Assembly (NCBI GenBank): GCA_944392815.1
Contig: CALXXY010000002.1
Coordinates: 128,001-192,000, forward strand
Source of the DNA: an uncultured Alphaproteobacteria bacterium
GTDB lineage: Bacteria > Pseudomonadota > Alphaproteobacteria > Rs-D84
Direction of reading: 5' to 3'
Length of the DNA: 64,000 bases
Shown: in pieces, positions 60,117 through 64,000 of the stretch
Numbering within the stretch: position 1 is the stretch's first letter
Layout: the number at the start of each line of letters is the position of its first letter
Made by a program: the position numbers and the translations under genes
Notes under the pieces: model-generated
Databases searched by the model: none
Told to the model about the DNA's origin: nothing
Seen by the model: the letters and a program-made list of their open reading frames with translations, nothing else

Positions 60117-60779
60117 TCACCATTCAATTGGTGTCTTGTCATGCGCGATTAAATATTCATTTGCGCGCGAAAAATGATGATTTCCAAAAAATCCACGACT
60201 GGCCGACAGTGGCGACGGGTGAACACTTTTCAAAATTAAATTTTTATCCGGGTCAACAAATTCTGCCTTGCGTTGGGCATAACTGCCCCACAGCATATAC
60301 ACAATATTTTCACGCGCTGCAACCGTGCGTATAACCGCATCAGTAAACTGTTCCCACCCGCGTCCAACATGCGACGCCGCCCTGTGCGCAGCCACAGTCA
60401 AAGTAGAATTCAATAACAACACACCCTGCTGGGCCCAACTAGTTAAATCACCATGCGTCACCGACGGCCGCCCCAAATCATTTTGAATTTCTTTGTAAAT
60501 ATTCACCAAAGACGGCGGAATCGGCGTTGGCGGCAACACAGAAAAACACAGTCCATGTGCCTGCCCTGGTTCGTGATACGGATCCTGGCCGATAATGACA
60601 ACCTTTACATTATCCAACGGACACAGATTAAACGCATTGAAAATATTCCCAGGCACCGGATACACCGCATGCCCAGCCAAATATTCGCCCCGTACAAAAT
60701 CAGTCAGTTTAATAAAATAATCTTTGTCGAATTCGGACGCCAACGCATCTTTCCATGTCTGTTCAATCTTTACATTCAT
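60117..60779 (-). CDS. ung: Uracil-DNA glycosylase family 1
   Basis: GQDPYH, PPSL, GVLLLN, HPSPLS. Confidence 0.97.
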   Translation of the reverse strand: MNVKIEQTWKDALASEFDKDYFIKLTDFVRGEYLAGHAVYPVPGNIFNAFNLCPLDNVKVVIIGQDPYHEPGQAHGLCFSVLPPTPIPPSLVNIYKEIQNDLGRPSVTHGDLTSWAQQGVLLLNSTLTVAAHRAASHVGRGWEQFTDAVIRTVAARENIVYMLWGSYAQRKAEFVDPDKNLILKSVHPSPLSASRGFFGNHHFSRANEYLIAHDKTPIEW

Positions 60780-61431
60780 ATTTTAATTCCTTTATCAAAC
60801 CAACCTGTGAACTTTTCCACAAAACGACATCAATATACCCACGTGGTAATCCTGTTCGCGCACACAAATCATCAAACATCGCATCACATGCGCATTTTAT
60901 ATCGGGGCATAATTTTTTATTATCTATTTTCGCGCTTAATGCCGGATTTCGTGCATACAGCGCGCCCAGACGTTGAATCCAAATATCATATTTCACAACA
61001 TTTTCACCCAAATTGCGTGCCAGATGATTTGCTGTAATTTTTCCAATATGCGGCAATTGCGATAAAAAATCCACCCGCGCCTCTGTTGTTTCCAACGCAT
61101 AATATTGCCGCGTCAAATCATCGCGATTATCCCAAATTTTACACAGGGCACTGATTTTGTTTTTATTATGAAATAACGCAAACAGCCCATCAAAATCCGC
61201 GCCATACGTGCGCAGAAAATCCATAATTTGCGCATGAATTTTTTTTGCCGTTTTTTGAGAAAACCCACCCGCCAAAATCACATATACGCAATTTTCAGCA
61301 AACTCGTCGGGCGATAAAATACGCCGATTGGATAAATTCGCGCGAATTTCATCAAACGATTGCGCATCGGAATCCAATCCCATTTCGCGCAACCGTTTAT
61401 CCAGCGCAAAAAACCAATCGGCATCAAACAT
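60763..61431 (-). CDS. HhH-type DNA glycosylase-like protein
   Basis: LPHIGKITANHLARNLG HhH motif, VKYD, IDVVLW. Confidence 0.7.
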   Translation of the reverse strand: MFDADWFFALDKRLREMGLDSDAQSFDEIRANLSNRRILSPDEFAENCVYVILAGGFSQKTAKKIHAQIMDFLRTYGADFDGLFALFHNKNKISALCKIWDNRDDLTRQYYALETTEARVDFLSQLPHIGKITANHLARNLGENVVKYDIWIQRLGALYARNPALSAKIDNKKLCPDIKCACDAMFDDLCARTGLPRGYIDVVLWKSSQVGLIKELKYECKD

Positions 61432-61436
61432 ATATA

Positions 61437-64000
<2,564 letters not shown>

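Overview
Housekeeping-dense chromosomal segment of a small-genome alphaproteobacterium-like organism (inferred from secB-mltA-dciA, rsmI/LpoA-like, lolE-lolD, addB and tRNA-Met sequence style; probably an uncultured host-associated lineage). It has about 60 CDS, 4 tRNAs (Tyr, Gly, Thr, Met), a five-gene surface polysaccharide cluster, and an AT-rich restriction-modification island with a recombinase remnant at tRNA-Thr. Operons are heavily shuffled. Most notable: (1) a compact T-box riboswitch upstream of aspS with an ultrashort K-turn Stem I, a GAC (Asp) specifier and no Stem II; (2) a single-ORF FtsA-ribulose-phosphate 3-epimerase fusion; (3) a four-gene operon of exported proteins built from three shared Cys-containing modules directly after lolE-lolD; (4) a tandem 'serS-orphan-typA' duplication with near-identical flanks but different cargo genes; (5) a cupin/HxlR islet flanked by 31-bp direct repeats and an att-like duplication at tRNA-Gly; (6) tRNA-Gly with an atypical A73 discriminator. 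No CRISPR array or rRNA was seen. All calls come from reading the sequence; no searches were run.
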